The notes under the pieces: generated by a model
What the model saw: the letters and a program-made list of their open reading frames with translations, nothing else
Database searches by the model: none
Told to the model about the DNA's origin: nothing
NCBI RefSeq assembly: GCF_964204645.1
Contig: NC_134029.1
Coordinates: forward strand, 930,001-994,000
DNA: 64,000 nucleotides
Direction: 5' to 3'
From: Tubulanus polymorphus
Taxonomy: Eukaryota; Animalia; Nemertea
Position numbers and translations under genes: made by a program
Shown here: in pieces, positions 1 to 12,004 of the stretch
Position numbering within the stretch: the first letter of the stretch is position 1
Layout: every line of letters starts with the position of its first letter

Positions 1-224
1 AACGAGAGATAAAATCTAAATGTTGCAATTTCCTCGAGTTAATTCATCACAAAAAGGCAACTACTAAACAATAGAACAAATTTGATAAACATGCTCACAA
101 TGATCCCTTTCTTATGTAAGAAAAGCGTGATATATGTGATGAGACCTACTAGGAACATACTACCAGGCCGTCACGACTATGTAAAAACTGTACAAATCTT
201 CGACTTTTTCCTCTTTTCCACCAG

Positions 225-3200
225 TTAAAGATTGTGGGAATCCGCCGGTTGTTGCCCGCGCTAAGAGATCATTCTTAACAACTACCTACCTGAGTTTAGC
301 CGAATACACGTGCACATCTTCAGCAACACGAACGTTAGTGAACCAGAATACGTGTCAATGTAAAGCTGACAGTAGCTGGGCACCGAGTCTCAGATGCGAA
401 GGTAAAGCTGTTAATTATTCTCGACCTCTGTACGGATTCTGGCTGCTTTCTAAAACATACTTAATTCTGATGTTGTTCGTGAACGCTCTATCATCACGAC
501 TTCAAAGAAGGTTCCTGATCGGGAAGCTGCAGCAGCAACCAGTATAACCGGAATACTGGAACTAACTATGTTTTCCTCCTCGCTTCAGACACGTTTTGTG
601 GCTATCCGGCACAAGTTGATCACGGTGAATATAAATATGACGGTCAATTAGAAGGTGATAAGGCGGTGTACACGTGTAAACCAGGCTATAGGATGATAGG
701 TGATTCGACTATCGTCTGCCAACCTGATCGAAAATGGAGTAAACTAGCTCCTCAATGTGCCGGTATGTTATTTAGATATATAGACCGAACCCAGTTCCAA
801 AGGTCATAGTTCAGCTTGACTCGAACTCGTTTAGTTCCAATGTTTTCAACCAGAACCGTTGCGTCCTGAAATAGAAGAGCAATGGGCAAAATATAAACTT
901 TTGAATGTTCGTTTCCTTTAAGCTGTTGATTGTGGAAAACCTCCAGATATCCAGAACCAGAAGAAGCTCACGTACACTCAGACAAAATTCGGTTACAGCG
1001 CCTCCTACGAGTGCAAAAACAACTTCATCTTGATGGGAAAATTCATCACATGCCAAAAAGATGCGAAATGGTCCACATTACCAGTTTGTGAGGCTGTTGT
1101 CTGTGGACATCCGACCAGTGTTTCGAACGGTAAAATTGAGTATACCAGTCAAGTTAGTGGAGCTACGGCTAAAGTAACGTGCGATAAGGGATTCACCATC
1201 AAAGGAGCTTCATCAGTAACATGTGACGGTGCAACGAAAACATGGAGTAAACCTGGCACGTGTGAAGGTATGCAAGAAAATATTCCCAAAAATTATCATC
1301 ATATTCACGATGGATTTGTAACTCGCGTCTTCTCTTACAGCTGTGTCGTGTCCAATTCCTCCGCCTGAAATTCCAAACGCTTCAAAAATATTCACGAAAA
1401 CACAAACTACTTATACATGTGAACCTAAGTTCACTATGGTCGGATCTTCAACTACTACTTGTCAGAATAATGGAGCCTGGTCTGTCCATCCGATATGTAA
1501 TGGTAAGCAATATACTAACAGCATTTGCAACCGAGTCTTAATTCCGACTTTCTAATACAGTTTGCCGTTTGCACACGTATATATCCTGTCCGTTTGATTT
1601 TCAGATACAATATGCGGTTCCCCACCTCAAATTTCTCACGGTTCACGAACATTCGCGGGACAAGGTGAAGGCGATACTGCTCGTTATACGTGCAATACAG
1701 GCTACAAAATACAGGGAGCATACTCAATAAAGTGTACGAACAATAAGTGGCCATCTGCACCTTCTTGTCTAGGTAATTTCAGCGCATATATGCATGAAAG
1801 CCTGTGAATTTCTTAATGGAATTTTCATCTAAATCTTTGTCAATTCGTAGCTTCCTCGGCTGTTGGTTGTCCTCAAGCGACACCGATATCAAACGGTAAA
1901 ATAACCGGTGTCGACTACAGAATAGGAGCAGCTGTAACTTACAGTTGTAACGCGGGTTTAACATTAGTAGGATCAGTGAAATCAACATGTCAGCCGGATA
2001 GAACGTGGTCGCCTGTTCCGAAATGCGAAGGTAAGACCAATAACTTATCATTGTGTGTTTTGTGGGCTTAATCTCATGTAAAATTCATCTCTATATCACC
2101 TCAGAAACCTACTGTGGGCAGCCGACGCCTATCGCGCACGGTTCAGTAAAAATAAGCGGTCAACGTAAAGACGATGTCGCAACGTTTACTTGTGATACCG
2201 GTTACAAATTATCGAGTCCATTTACGTCAGTCTGTCAGTCTACACAGGTCAGCCGTACTGGACAGTGGTCAGCATCGCCGTCCTGTACAGGTAAATCAGT
2301 TGTTATTTCGTGTAGATGTCACACACGAATATGGAAAGAAATGTACGTATTGGTAAATGTTGTTTTGTATTTTTGTAGTTGTTGACTGCGGTGCACCACC
2401 GACTGTTGCTAATGGTTCACCATCCACCACGTCTAATACTAAATACAATAATAAAGTTGTATATACCTGCGCTAACAACTTTATTCTGGTCGGGAAGAAC
2501 GAAATAAAATGTTTGGCGTCTGGACAGTGGGAAAAAGCACCCACTTGTGAAGGTGTGTACTTCCTCTTATAGTTTACAATACAAACGTGTATTCTATCTT
2601 TGACCTAGGTACACGGTCCTTAGTATCTTAGAATTGGCCAAGAAGTTGAAGTAAATTCATGAGAATAAATCGACAGTTTACTGCTTCCTGAATAGGGTTT
2701 CTCTAGTGTATTTCAATTTTTCAAGATGCTTAAACTCATTATTTTCAGGTCGTGTTTGCGGGGCCCCGCCTGTCGTTACAAACGGTGCACGGACATTCAC
2801 TGGACAGACGAAAGACGCTACCGCCACCTATACGTGTGACCTGGGGTACAATCAGTCGGGAGGTCCTACTATAAAATGTGTGGTGACAGGAGGAGGAAAT
2901 ACTGGTAATTGGGAGACGGCGCCCGCGTGTAACCGTAAGTAAAACAACCTTTAAAACAATTCTAGCTGCACAAAGACAAGGATTCCAATGAGATAAATTA
3001 TCACTGAAACCAACGAAAAGACTTAAAGAATAGATAGTCACCCTGATGACGACCTCAGTCACCTAATCTCCTGGGCCCAGTTGCATAGTTGTGACACGAT
3101 AGCTTCATTAACTTAAAGTCTGGTCTGGAGTTGTTAAATTCGCTATGGAACTCGCATTGTCTAATAGATTGGTATTAAACCAAGCTATGACCGCAACTGG

Positions 3201-6200
3201 CCTCTCAAAATGGCTTAACGTTGTTGGTGATGTCAATAAACACCAATATTAACACACAATTCTAAGTTATATATTTCTAAGAAAAGAACACATTCTGAGA
3301 TTGAAATGTAAAGTGATTGAATTTTGTTATATTTAGCTGTTAACTGTGGCGTTCCTCCTCCTATCACGAATGGCGATCGCACTGTTCCTCCAGCTACAAC
3401 TCTAAACAATGAGGTCACTTACACGTGCTCTCCTTCATACATTATGATCGGATCGAATAAAGTGACTTGCCCGAATGATGGACAGTGGCCCGCACCTCCA
3501 AAATGTCAAGGTATGCTTTTAAAATATAGTTTCACTTTCAAAATCAAGGTTTCACATTTTAACATAAATTATCTTACGACTTTCAGTGCAATTCTGCGGA
3601 CAGCCACCTGCTATTAATAATGGAAGGTTTATAGCAACAGGACAACGCGAAATAGACTCCGCGCAATATTCATGCTTACCAGGGTTTATTTTGACTGGTA
3701 ACAATATATTGTACTGCTTGGCATCCAGGACGTGGACGTCGCCAGCTCCAACCTGCGTAGGTAAGGGATTAGTGTAAAGATAAAAGAAGTTGACGTTAAA
3801 CTAGAACAAATAGCTAAACTCGGAATTTGTTTAACTATATCAGCGAAAGATTGCGGTAACCCTCCTGACGTTGCGTTTTCTACGAAGACAAGCACTGGTA
3901 ATAGTTTCGGCTCGACGACCACTTATACGTGTAACCCCGGATATCAACTACAAGGACAAAGCGTCATCACTTGTGAAACGACTAGTTTATGGTCGCCTCG
4001 ACCTACCTGTGCAGGTAAGTAGATCGACTCAAGAAAAACCAAATCATGCAGAAATTAAAGAATTAAGCTTTTCGTGAAAGGGAACCTTATCTGACATCTA
4101 TCTGAATTCTAATTTCAACGAATTTGGATAGATTTCCAGATATTCCTGACGTGTATGGCGTATTTTTTGACCATGTGTTCTTTCGATGTTTTAGCTTTAT
4201 CGTGTCCGGTACCTCCCGATATAACTCATGGTAGTAAGGTCTCTACGGGTAACACGTACGGTTCCACTGCTGAATACACGTGTAACGCTGGTTACACTAT
4301 AGCTGGTACTAATCCTATCACTTGTAAAGTCGATGGAAAATGGGCAGTCCCAACTCCAGTTTGCGAAGGTTCGTTTGATTTAGAAGTATATGTGTATAGG
4401 CAAAGCCTATATCTCATGTATGGGTATGGTGCAGAATAGTTTAGATTGTATCAGGGAGGTCGGAATTCTAGTAGTACAGGGAACTATCTAATGCTTGTAG
4501 AATTACGATTGTTGCAGTTTTTGAATCTCATTAAAGAACCCTCTGAAAACCAGCATATATTCACGATGGATGTATGTCTACAATTTCAGTGACTTTCTGT
4601 AATGTGCCGCCCAAAGTAGAGAATAGTAAAACGACATACTCCTCACAAACAGATGGAAGTATAGCTACATACACGTGTAACCCGTCATTTTCATTGGTCG
4701 GTACTGTATCTACTGTGACGTGTAAATCGGACAAAACGTGGACAAACCCACCGAAATGTCAAGGTACGTAGAAAGCCCTGAAACTTATCTAACTACAGTA
4801 GACTCCGCCTTACCCGGTAGTAGGTGCTAAATCAAATGTATCATAAATCAATAATTGAAAATTAGAATGACGTTTTGAACTCCATCACGAGACCAGCGGC
4901 AGATGTTTTGGTTTTGTTTTTGGTTCCTGTTATCAAATATCGCGTTTGGTTAATTCGATTGTAGCTCAAGGTTGCGGAGTTCCACCTGTGGTCGATGGTG
5001 GTCAGTATACCCTGTCTGATACGGGTTTGCAAGTTGGCAGCAGAGCCACCTATACGTGTTCACAGGGGTTAGTCATCAACGGTCAAGCGACGATAGCCTG
5101 TCAAGCGAACGGGAATTGGGAGAGTCCTCCCCAATGTTTAGGTGAGTTTGCAAGGAAACCTCTCGGGGACATTTAGAGTAATCAAAAAACGATTAAAATG
5201 AAGATTGGGACGGTACTTCTAAAGACAGTGGAATATGATTTATTACAATGGCCATTATATTTTCCAGAACAAACAACCAGCGGTCCAGGTATATACATCA
5301 TTATCAGTGTTATCTAATGTATTTCTAACTTCTAATACACGTGTGTTTTATTAACTGTTGTATCACGAGAATTAACAGATTCACTTATAGCTTACTCGAT
5401 TATCACTATAGGCAGTCGTGTTGGGTCAACATCTTGTATGATACGTCATTAATAAGAAACTCCCGTCTTGTGACGATGATATAACTGTTGTGTCACGAGA
5501 ATTAACAGATTCACAAATAGCTAACTCGATTATCACTATAGGCAGTCGTGTTGAGTGTGGTCAAATTATTGTATGATACGTCATTAATAAGAAACTCCCG
5601 TCTTGTGACGATGATATAAAGAGAATCCCGCAATAACAAAAACTTAAGTCCGAAAATGATTCCTTGAGCTTGTAGTTTATTCAACGTTTTGACGTTTATT
5701 CTTCAGTATTCCTGAAGATGACTATTAGAAGACGAAACATTAAATACACTCTGATTCCAGCTCAAGAAAAAACTCTCGGACGTCATTTTTTTCGATATTT
5801 TGTAGTATCCTCTTTAAATTGTATGTGATACGTATTTTTGCCAGCTTAAACACAGAAAATCAAAGATAATACGCAGAATAGAAAGTAGAAAGTGTTCATT
5901 CACCATTCATAAATAGATTACTTTTAGCACAGAGAACATTAGGACGTTTTTTATGTTATGTTATCAACGATGTTGTATATGACTTTCACACAACGTTTTC
6001 CATTACACGAAAGACATCTACAGTATATAATACATCATCACTACATCAATATCTCTCTGTTTTTCAGGACAAGTATTGACCGGTTCGAGTAAGTGGGGTA
6101 TACCAGTCGGAGTAACAGTTAGTGTCGTGTTGTTAATAGTTTGCGCTGCTTTAGCCTATTTCCTTTATTATAAACATCAAAAAGCGAATGAAGCAATAGC

Positions 6201-6225
6201 TACCGGACTTCTGTCAGCATCGTGA
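225..6225 (+). CDS. Multi-Sushi/CCP type-I membrane protein (complement-receptor/RCA- or SVEP/selectin-like), 5' end outside window
   Basis: Phase-1 GT-AG exons: 225-401, 589-762, 923-1267 (two CCPs), 1341-1502, 1605-1772, 1851-2030, 2105-2290, 2379-2552, 2749-2934, 3337-3510, 3587-3760, 3844-4014, 4195-4368, 4590-4763, 4965-5141, 21-nt linker exon 5268-5288, last exon 6068-6225. Each module shows C-x-x-PP...Y-x-C-x-x-G-[FY]...C...W...P-x-C, 16 CCPs in total. The last exon encodes a hydrophobic helix (WGIPVGVTVSVVLLIVCAALAYFLYY), a short tail and TGA. AATAAA near 6270. Confidence 0.9.
3074..3204. mobile_element. MITE with GGGCCCAGTTGC / GCAACTGGCCTC termini (PIF/Harbinger-like)
   Basis: Imperfect terminal inverted repeats. 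A related element with GGGCCAGTTGC...GCAACTGGCCC lies at about 16210-16292. Confidence 0.55.
5352..5619. repeat. Tandem dimer of an approximately 130-bp unit in the last intron of the CCP gene
   Basis: 5352-5481 and 5482-5619 are near-identical. Each unit has inverted ends TCACGAGA...TCTTGTGA. Confidence 0.85.
5648..5781. mobile_element. Palindromic element with degenerate hammerhead-like cores (Penelope-like LTR remnant)
   Basis: CTGAAGA (5712) ... GAAAC (5734) on the + strand and CTGAAGA...GTCAAAACGTTG on the - strand. Outer arms GTCCGA/TCGGAC and TTGAGCT/AGCTCAA pair. Confidence 0.45.
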
Positions 6226-7758
6226 CCCGAATACCGAATTTGAAACAAAACACTATAGAACGCTATGTTTAATAAATGCATCAAGAGCATCGGCAACAGC
6301 GGAGTACGTATTACAAACGATTTGGTTTCAATGCGGAAACTAAATTACCAGGCTACGTACTTTTTCAGTTCTACTTAAATGACCAACAGTATATAGCGCG
6401 TTTAAAACGTATTGAATTTGTATTATTATTTGATATTATTACAATAGAGCTGTCGTGACCCACGTGACTAGCGTTGAGCAGCACGTGTGACAAGCACGCG
6501 ACCTTGAAAGGTCGGCGATATTCATCCATCCTGAAACAGGGTATGGACGAAATCTTATGGACCAATATACGTAAAGGATATAGAGTTAAGCAATGGTTAC
6601 CGTCCAGAAGTACATTCCATTTCAAATTAACATTATTGGCTTCGTTTTTACTGTAATATAATATATAAATAGTTTTTATATGCATATCTACTGATTCTGT
6701 TATCAGCTGAAGCGACCCGACCTAATGTAAACTTCCATGACGTTCTTGATGAAATGCCATGAAATCCAAACAAATTTGTATGTAAGACCTGAGATTTAAA
6801 ATGCTCTTACGAAAGACCATGACGTACTCTTTTTGAAATGTGTAATGAAAGAAGCCATAGCAGTTTTTCTGGTGATAGTATTTATTCATTCATTTACACG
6901 TATCTTATTAATCATCGACTTTTTCGTCAAGTGCCAAAATATAAGCTTCGTTTTCGCGAATAGAGAATAGTTTTAGTTAGTCATAAGCGTTATCCACGTC
7001 GTTTTGATATTAATGCATAAAAACGGTTACATGTACTTTGAGGCCGACCATTTTGTTACAAATTGATGCAACTGTCTCTCATTCAATTATGTGTTATATA
7101 ATAGAATAAAGTTTGTATAAAGTTGATACTTTTGAAATTTTAATGTATAAATACATATAATAAATATGTTGTTAAGAAACACGAATGTAATGCGTATAAC
7201 ACTATGTGCCTTATTAAATACATATGAAGTTATTCCTATTCTCAGTGTTGTTATTCTATGATTAAACGTTCCTCAGGAAACCTGTCCAGTCGGATGGCTA
7301 CCTTCCCTAAGGCATCATTGTCGGTGAGGATCAGCTTCTACAGGAACTCTAGTCGACCAAGTTGGGAAAGTTCCCCAGGAAACTCAGACGGAACGGATGA
7401 CTATCTTCCCCAGGGATCCTTAGCATTTGGGATGAGGTTCGCGATCAAATCTTGCTACGGTCACCCACTTATAACAATTATTTCAATACTCTCGGCACGA
7501 AGTTGATTGAATATTTTAAATGGTATCTATGCATATTCGCCTATTCAAACAATAGCGTACACTGGCGATTCTCGCTATGTTGATATAGATTCATATTTAC
7601 ACTAATTCCCATAAGACATTCTCTACGCCTTTGTGTTCGCTCAAACAAAATTGATTTTGTGATGTATGAGATCTCGCCGCTAATAGATTAATATTACTCA
7701 TGCGTTGAGCAGCTTTCGATTAGTTTTGAAGCCATACAAACGTTAGTAGAACTGAATC

Positions 7759-8697
7759 ATGAATTCTACTCAGTTTGGACGACCTTACAACAGTTACATC
7801 GTCATCATGTCTGTTGAACGAAAGACTGGCAGCTACCGCATATTTTCGATAGCTTATTCGCTATTCTTTTTTTCACTGGGAGCTTTTGGAAATACGGCAT
7901 CATTCCTGATAATGATGAGTCGTAGATTCCGCAGTTTATCTTACGCTAACTATCTGATCGTTTTGTCTATAAATGACTTAATGTATTGTCTCAATTTTAC
8001 ACTGATGCCTGTTTTACAATTTCTACTCTTGAACGTAGTCACTGGTTCTATATTTGTTATAAACTCAATTATAGGTTGTCAAATCTATGAATTCATTATG
8101 GCGTTTAACTGCTGCAATAGTTCGTGGTTAATAGTAGCGATATCTCTAGAACGCGCGGCAGTTGTTCTCTTCCCGTTCACATCTCGTTTGATATGTACGC
8201 CGAGATTCGCCAGGTTTGCAATATCGATACTTATCGCAGTGAATGTACTTGTCCTGTATCTTCAAAGGATTCTGGAGTTACATTTTAACGAACGAACATT
8301 CGGTTGTTACTATGAGTTAGTTGACCAATATATACATTTTATCACTTACGTCATTCATGTTAACTTTATTCCTTTGACGGTGATAATCGTATCAAATATT
8401 GTTATAATAATTCAATTATTCAGAAGAGGTTCGAAAATAGTTTCGTCCGATCAGAAAACTACAAAATCAAAACGTACAACAATAATGCTTGTAACAGTTT
8501 CACTCGCATTCACAATATTTACAATTCCTTCCTCTATTTCAGCAATCTTGCCGATAGCTGAGAATCGGAAAGAATTTCTTTTAGATATTTTCACTCAGTT
8601 CCAAGTATGTAACTTTTCAATTAATTTTTACATATATCTTTTACTGGGACGAGAAGCGCGAGAATATTTCTGTATGAAAATAAGATGTTCTGAATGA
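7759..8697 (+). CDS. Intronless class A (rhodopsin-like) GPCR, copy 1 (peptide-receptor-like / putative chemoreceptor)
   Basis: 312 aa, seven hydrophobic segments, TM1 GN, TM2 LSxxD, TM3 Cys and SLER (DRY equivalent), ECL2 Cys (GCYYE), TM6 FxxxxxP, TM7 NFYIY, N-glycosylation site at N2. Confidence 0.92.
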   Translation: MNSTQFGRPYNSYIVIMSVERKTGSYRIFSIAYSLFFFSLGAFGNTASFLIMMSRRFRSLSYANYLIVLSINDLMYCLNFTLMPVLQFLLLNVVTGSIFVINSIIGCQIYEFIMAFNCCNSSWLIVAISLERAAVVLFPFTSRLICTPRFARFAISILIAVNVLVLYLQRILELHFNERTFGCYYELVDQYIHFITYVIHVNFIPLTVIIVSNIVIIIQLFRRGSKIVSSDQKTTKSKRTTIMLVTVSLAFTIFTIPSSISAILPIAENRKEFLLDIFTQFQVCNFSINFYIYLLLGREAREYFCMKIRCSE

Positions 8698-8852
8698 TAT
8701 AAAAAGAGTTTAGTTCTTGCATGGTCGAATCGATACTAGGAAAAAATTCGGTAGCCATTTCTCACCTAGAGATTGCATTGTACTTGTGCTGCCACCCACG
8801 GGTGCGGTGGATTGAGGAACTAATACTGGTTGACTCGACAATATGACGTCAT

Positions 8853-9190
8853 TTATAAATTGTAAATTGTAAATTGTAATTGTAAAAGTTATTTGTTGTA
8901 ATTTTCTAACCTACAAACGTCCCCTAGTGGCCGGTCGAATGAGGGTCTCCCCTCGCGATCCTGATTCGATAATTCTGAAATGTCCGGTCGGTTGAGAGGA
9001 CATTTTTCCAAGGAGCTCGCGATGTCAGCCGGCTGAGGATCCAGCAAAGCGTTGCTAAGGTGATCTATTAAATGATAAGAATATCTCTTATCAAGCGATA
9101 CCATTTTCTGACCCCACCACATTTTGCCCACCGACCAGGACATGACTATACCAGACACTCGAGTCTTGGTGTGAAGAGAACATAGCCACG
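8853..9190 (-). mobile_element. Probable 3' fragment of a non-LTR retroelement/SINE with a (TTTACAA)n tail (duplicate at 12160-12497)
   Basis: GC-richer block ending on the - strand in a short tandem-repeat tail. No recognisable protein. Confidence 0.4.
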
Positions 9191-9543
9191 TTAAATTGTG
9201 AATCCAATTTTTACAAAAATGTTATAGCGCCTATGATTTGAAGCCGTTTTTGAAAATATATATTTAATCTAATTCAAACCTAGACATCGTAGGTAAATTT
9301 TCCACACGATGTTGATGGGTTTTCCAATTCAGTTTTATACAAATTCATGTGCATAAATCTACACTGTAACTCACAATACGCTTTGTGATAAGGCCTAATC
9401 TGGAGTAATTGATTTTCAGTAAACTTTCAATGGAAATGATACGAAGATAAGCTCGTCACAAATAGGTGAATTCAATGGCTTCATTAGTTACCAAAATACA
9501 CGGGAGATAACAAGTGTCGCACGTCTGCGTGTTGAACTAAATC

Positions 9544-10470
9544 ATGAATTCAACACAATTGCAATATGCCCGACCTTATAACAGTTACATTCTTCTCATG
9601 TCTGTTGAACGAAAGACTGGCAGCTACCGCATATTTTCAATAGCTTATTCGCTCTTCTTTTTTTCACTGGGAGCTTTTGGAAATACGGCATCTTTTCTGA
9701 TAATGATAAGTCGCAGATTCCGCAGTTTATCTTACGCTAACTATCTGATCGTTTTGTCTATCAGTGATTTGACGTTTTGCATCAATTTTACGCTGATGCC
9801 TGTTTTACAGTCGTTTCTCTTGCACCTAAACTCCGGTCCGATAATGTTGGTTAAGTCACTAATTGGTTGTCAAATCTACGAATTTATAATGTCATTGATG
9901 GGTTCCAGCAGTTCGTGGTTGATAGTAGCGATGTCTCTAGAACGTGTGGCAGTTGTTCTCTTCCCGTTCACATCTCGTTTGATATGTACACCGAGATTCG
10001 CAAGAGCTGCGATATTGATAATACTCGCAGTGAATTCGATAGTCCTTATTGCAAGAGTTTTCACAACGTATCTTGACCAAATCGTTGGTTGTTACTATGA
10101 AGTCGCTGACCAATACATCTATTTCGTCACTTATGTGGTCCATGTTTATTGTTTACCTTTAACGGTAATAATTGTATCAAATTTTGTTATAATAATTCAA
10201 TTATTCAGAGGTTCAAAAATGATTTCGTCCGATCAGAAAACTACAAAATCAAAACGTACGACAATAATGCTTGTAACAGTTTCACTCGCATTTGCAATAT
10301 TTACACTACCAACAGCAGTAACTACTTTCTTGCCGATTTCCACAGAAGAAAAGGGTTTCTTCTTTACCCAGTTCCAAGTATGCAACTACTCGATCAACTT
10401 TTACATATATCTTTTACTGGGACGAGAAGCTCGGCAATATTTCTGCATGAAAATTAGATGTAAGAAATAA
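9544..10470 (+). CDS. Intronless class A GPCR, copy 2
   Basis: 308 aa with the same 7TM motifs (GN, LSISD, SLERV, GCYYE, NFYIY). Confidence 0.92.
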   Translation: MNSTQLQYARPYNSYILLMSVERKTGSYRIFSIAYSLFFFSLGAFGNTASFLIMISRRFRSLSYANYLIVLSISDLTFCINFTLMPVLQSFLLHLNSGPIMLVKSLIGCQIYEFIMSLMGSSSSWLIVAMSLERVAVVLFPFTSRLICTPRFARAAILIILAVNSIVLIARVFTTYLDQIVGCYYEVADQYIYFVTYVVHVYCLPLTVIIVSNFVIIIQLFRGSKMISSDQKTTKSKRTTIMLVTVSLAFAIFTLPTAVTTFLPISTEEKGFFFTQFQVCNYSINFYIYLLLGREARQYFCMKIRCKK

Positions 10471-10702
10471 ACTCAAAATGGCGACCATTTTAAATCATTC
10501 AGTAACGATTGGATAATGGTCGAATTTAAACTAGGAAAATGTTCATTTCTAACCTAGGAATCATATTGTACTTGTGCTGCCACTCACAGTCGCGGTGAAT
10601 AGGGAAACTAATGCTGGTTGAATTATTTCTAGGAAAACGTTCTTAAGTTTATCCTTTTCCTAACGATCGCAGTAAGATTCAACAGATCTCTACGAATCAA
10701 AT

Positions 10703-10790
10703 CCATCCTCCCTCCACACGGATTCGAACCCATGATGGCATCGAGACGTGAGTCTAGCATGCCATCAGCAATCCTGCCTGGACTGAAACC
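10703..10790. mobile_element. Short interspersed repeat with a B-box-like GGATTCGAACC core (SINE/MITE-like family)
   Basis: CATCCTCC...GGATTCGAACC...GATGGCATCGAG recurs at about 14010-14097, 58890-59010 and, inverted, 41635-41770. Confidence 0.55.
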
Positions 10791-10829
10791 ACCGGACACT
10801 TATTTCAAATCTCTCGAAGAATGAAGAAT

Positions 10830-10967
<138 letters not shown>

Positions 10968-11065
10968 CCTAACCTTTTCTAACCTAAGTAACCTAATCTA
11001 ACCTAGTTTTAGTTTGAAAACCTAGATTAGTTTTGAAGCTATACAAACGTTAGTAGAACTGAATC

Positions 11066-12004
11066 ATGAATTCTACTCAGTTTGGACGACCTTACAACAG
11101 TTACATCGTCATCATGTCTGTGGAACGAAAGACTGGCAGCTACCGCATATTTTCGATAGCTTATTCGCTATTCTTTTTTTCACTGGGAGCTTTTGGAAAT
11201 ACGGCATCATTCCTGATAATGATAAGTCGCAGATTTCGCAGTTTATCTTACGCTAACTATCTGATAGCTTTATCGCTCAGTGATTTGACTTTTTGCATCA
11301 ATTTTACACTGATGCCTGTTTTACAGTTTGTTCTCTTGCGCGTCAACACTGGTCCTATATTCATCATGAATTCACTGATCAATTGTCAAATCTACGAATT
11401 TATAATGTCATTTATGGGCTCTACCAGTTCGTGGTTAATAGTAGCTATATCTCTAGAACGCGCGGCAGTTGTTCTCTTCCCGTTCACATCTCGTTTGATA
11501 TGTACGCCGAAATTCGCCAGGTTTGCAATATCGATACTTATCGCAGTGAATGTACTTGTCCTGTATTTTCAAAGGATTCTGGAGTTACATTTTAACGAAC
11601 GAACATTCGGTTGTTACTATGAGTTAGTTGACCAATACATACATTTTATCACTTACGTCATTCATGTTAACTTTATTCCTTTGACGGTGATAATCGTATC
11701 AAATATTGTTATAATAATTCAATTATTCAGAAGAGGTTCGAAAATAGTTTCGTCCGATAAGAAAACTACAAAATCAAAACGTACGACAATAATGCTCGTA
11801 ACAGTTTCACTCGCATTCACAATATTCACAATTCCTTCCTCTATTTCAGCGATTTTGCCGATAGCTGAGAATCGGAAAGAATTTCTTTTAGATATTTTCA
11901 CTCAGTTCCAAGTATGTAACTTTTCAATTAATTTTTACATATATCTTTTACTGGGACGAGAAGCGCGAGAATATTTCTGTATGAAAATAAGATGTCCTGA
12001 ATGA
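11066..12004 (+). CDS. Intronless class A GPCR, copy 3 (duplicate of copy 1 with a divergent TM2-TM3 patch)
   Basis: 312 aa with intact 7TM motifs. Confidence 0.92.
   Translation: MNSTQFGRPYNSYIVIMSVERKTGSYRIFSIAYSLFFFSLGAFGNTASFLIMISRRFRSLSYANYLIALSLSDLTFCINFTLMPVLQFVLLRVNTGPIFIMNSLINCQIYEFIMSFMGSTSSWLIVAISLERAAVVLFPFTSRLICTPKFARFAISILIAVNVLVLYFQRILELHFNERTFGCYYELVDQYIHFITYVIHVNFIPLTVIIVSNIVIIIQLFRRGSKIVSSDKKTTKSKRTTIMLVTVSLAFTIFTIPSSISAILPIAENRKEFLLDIFTQFQVCNFSINFYIYLLLGREAREYFCMKIRCPE

Noticed and set aside
6735-6790. Possible SECIS (ATGA...AAA...GA)
   Set aside because: Helix II pairs poorly, and the CCP gene has no internal in-frame TGA.
7258-7506. 82-aa ORF / GC-rich block upstream of GPCR 1
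   Set aside because: No recognisable domain. Probably a repeat fragment, and I could not build an HDV-like ribozyme fold.
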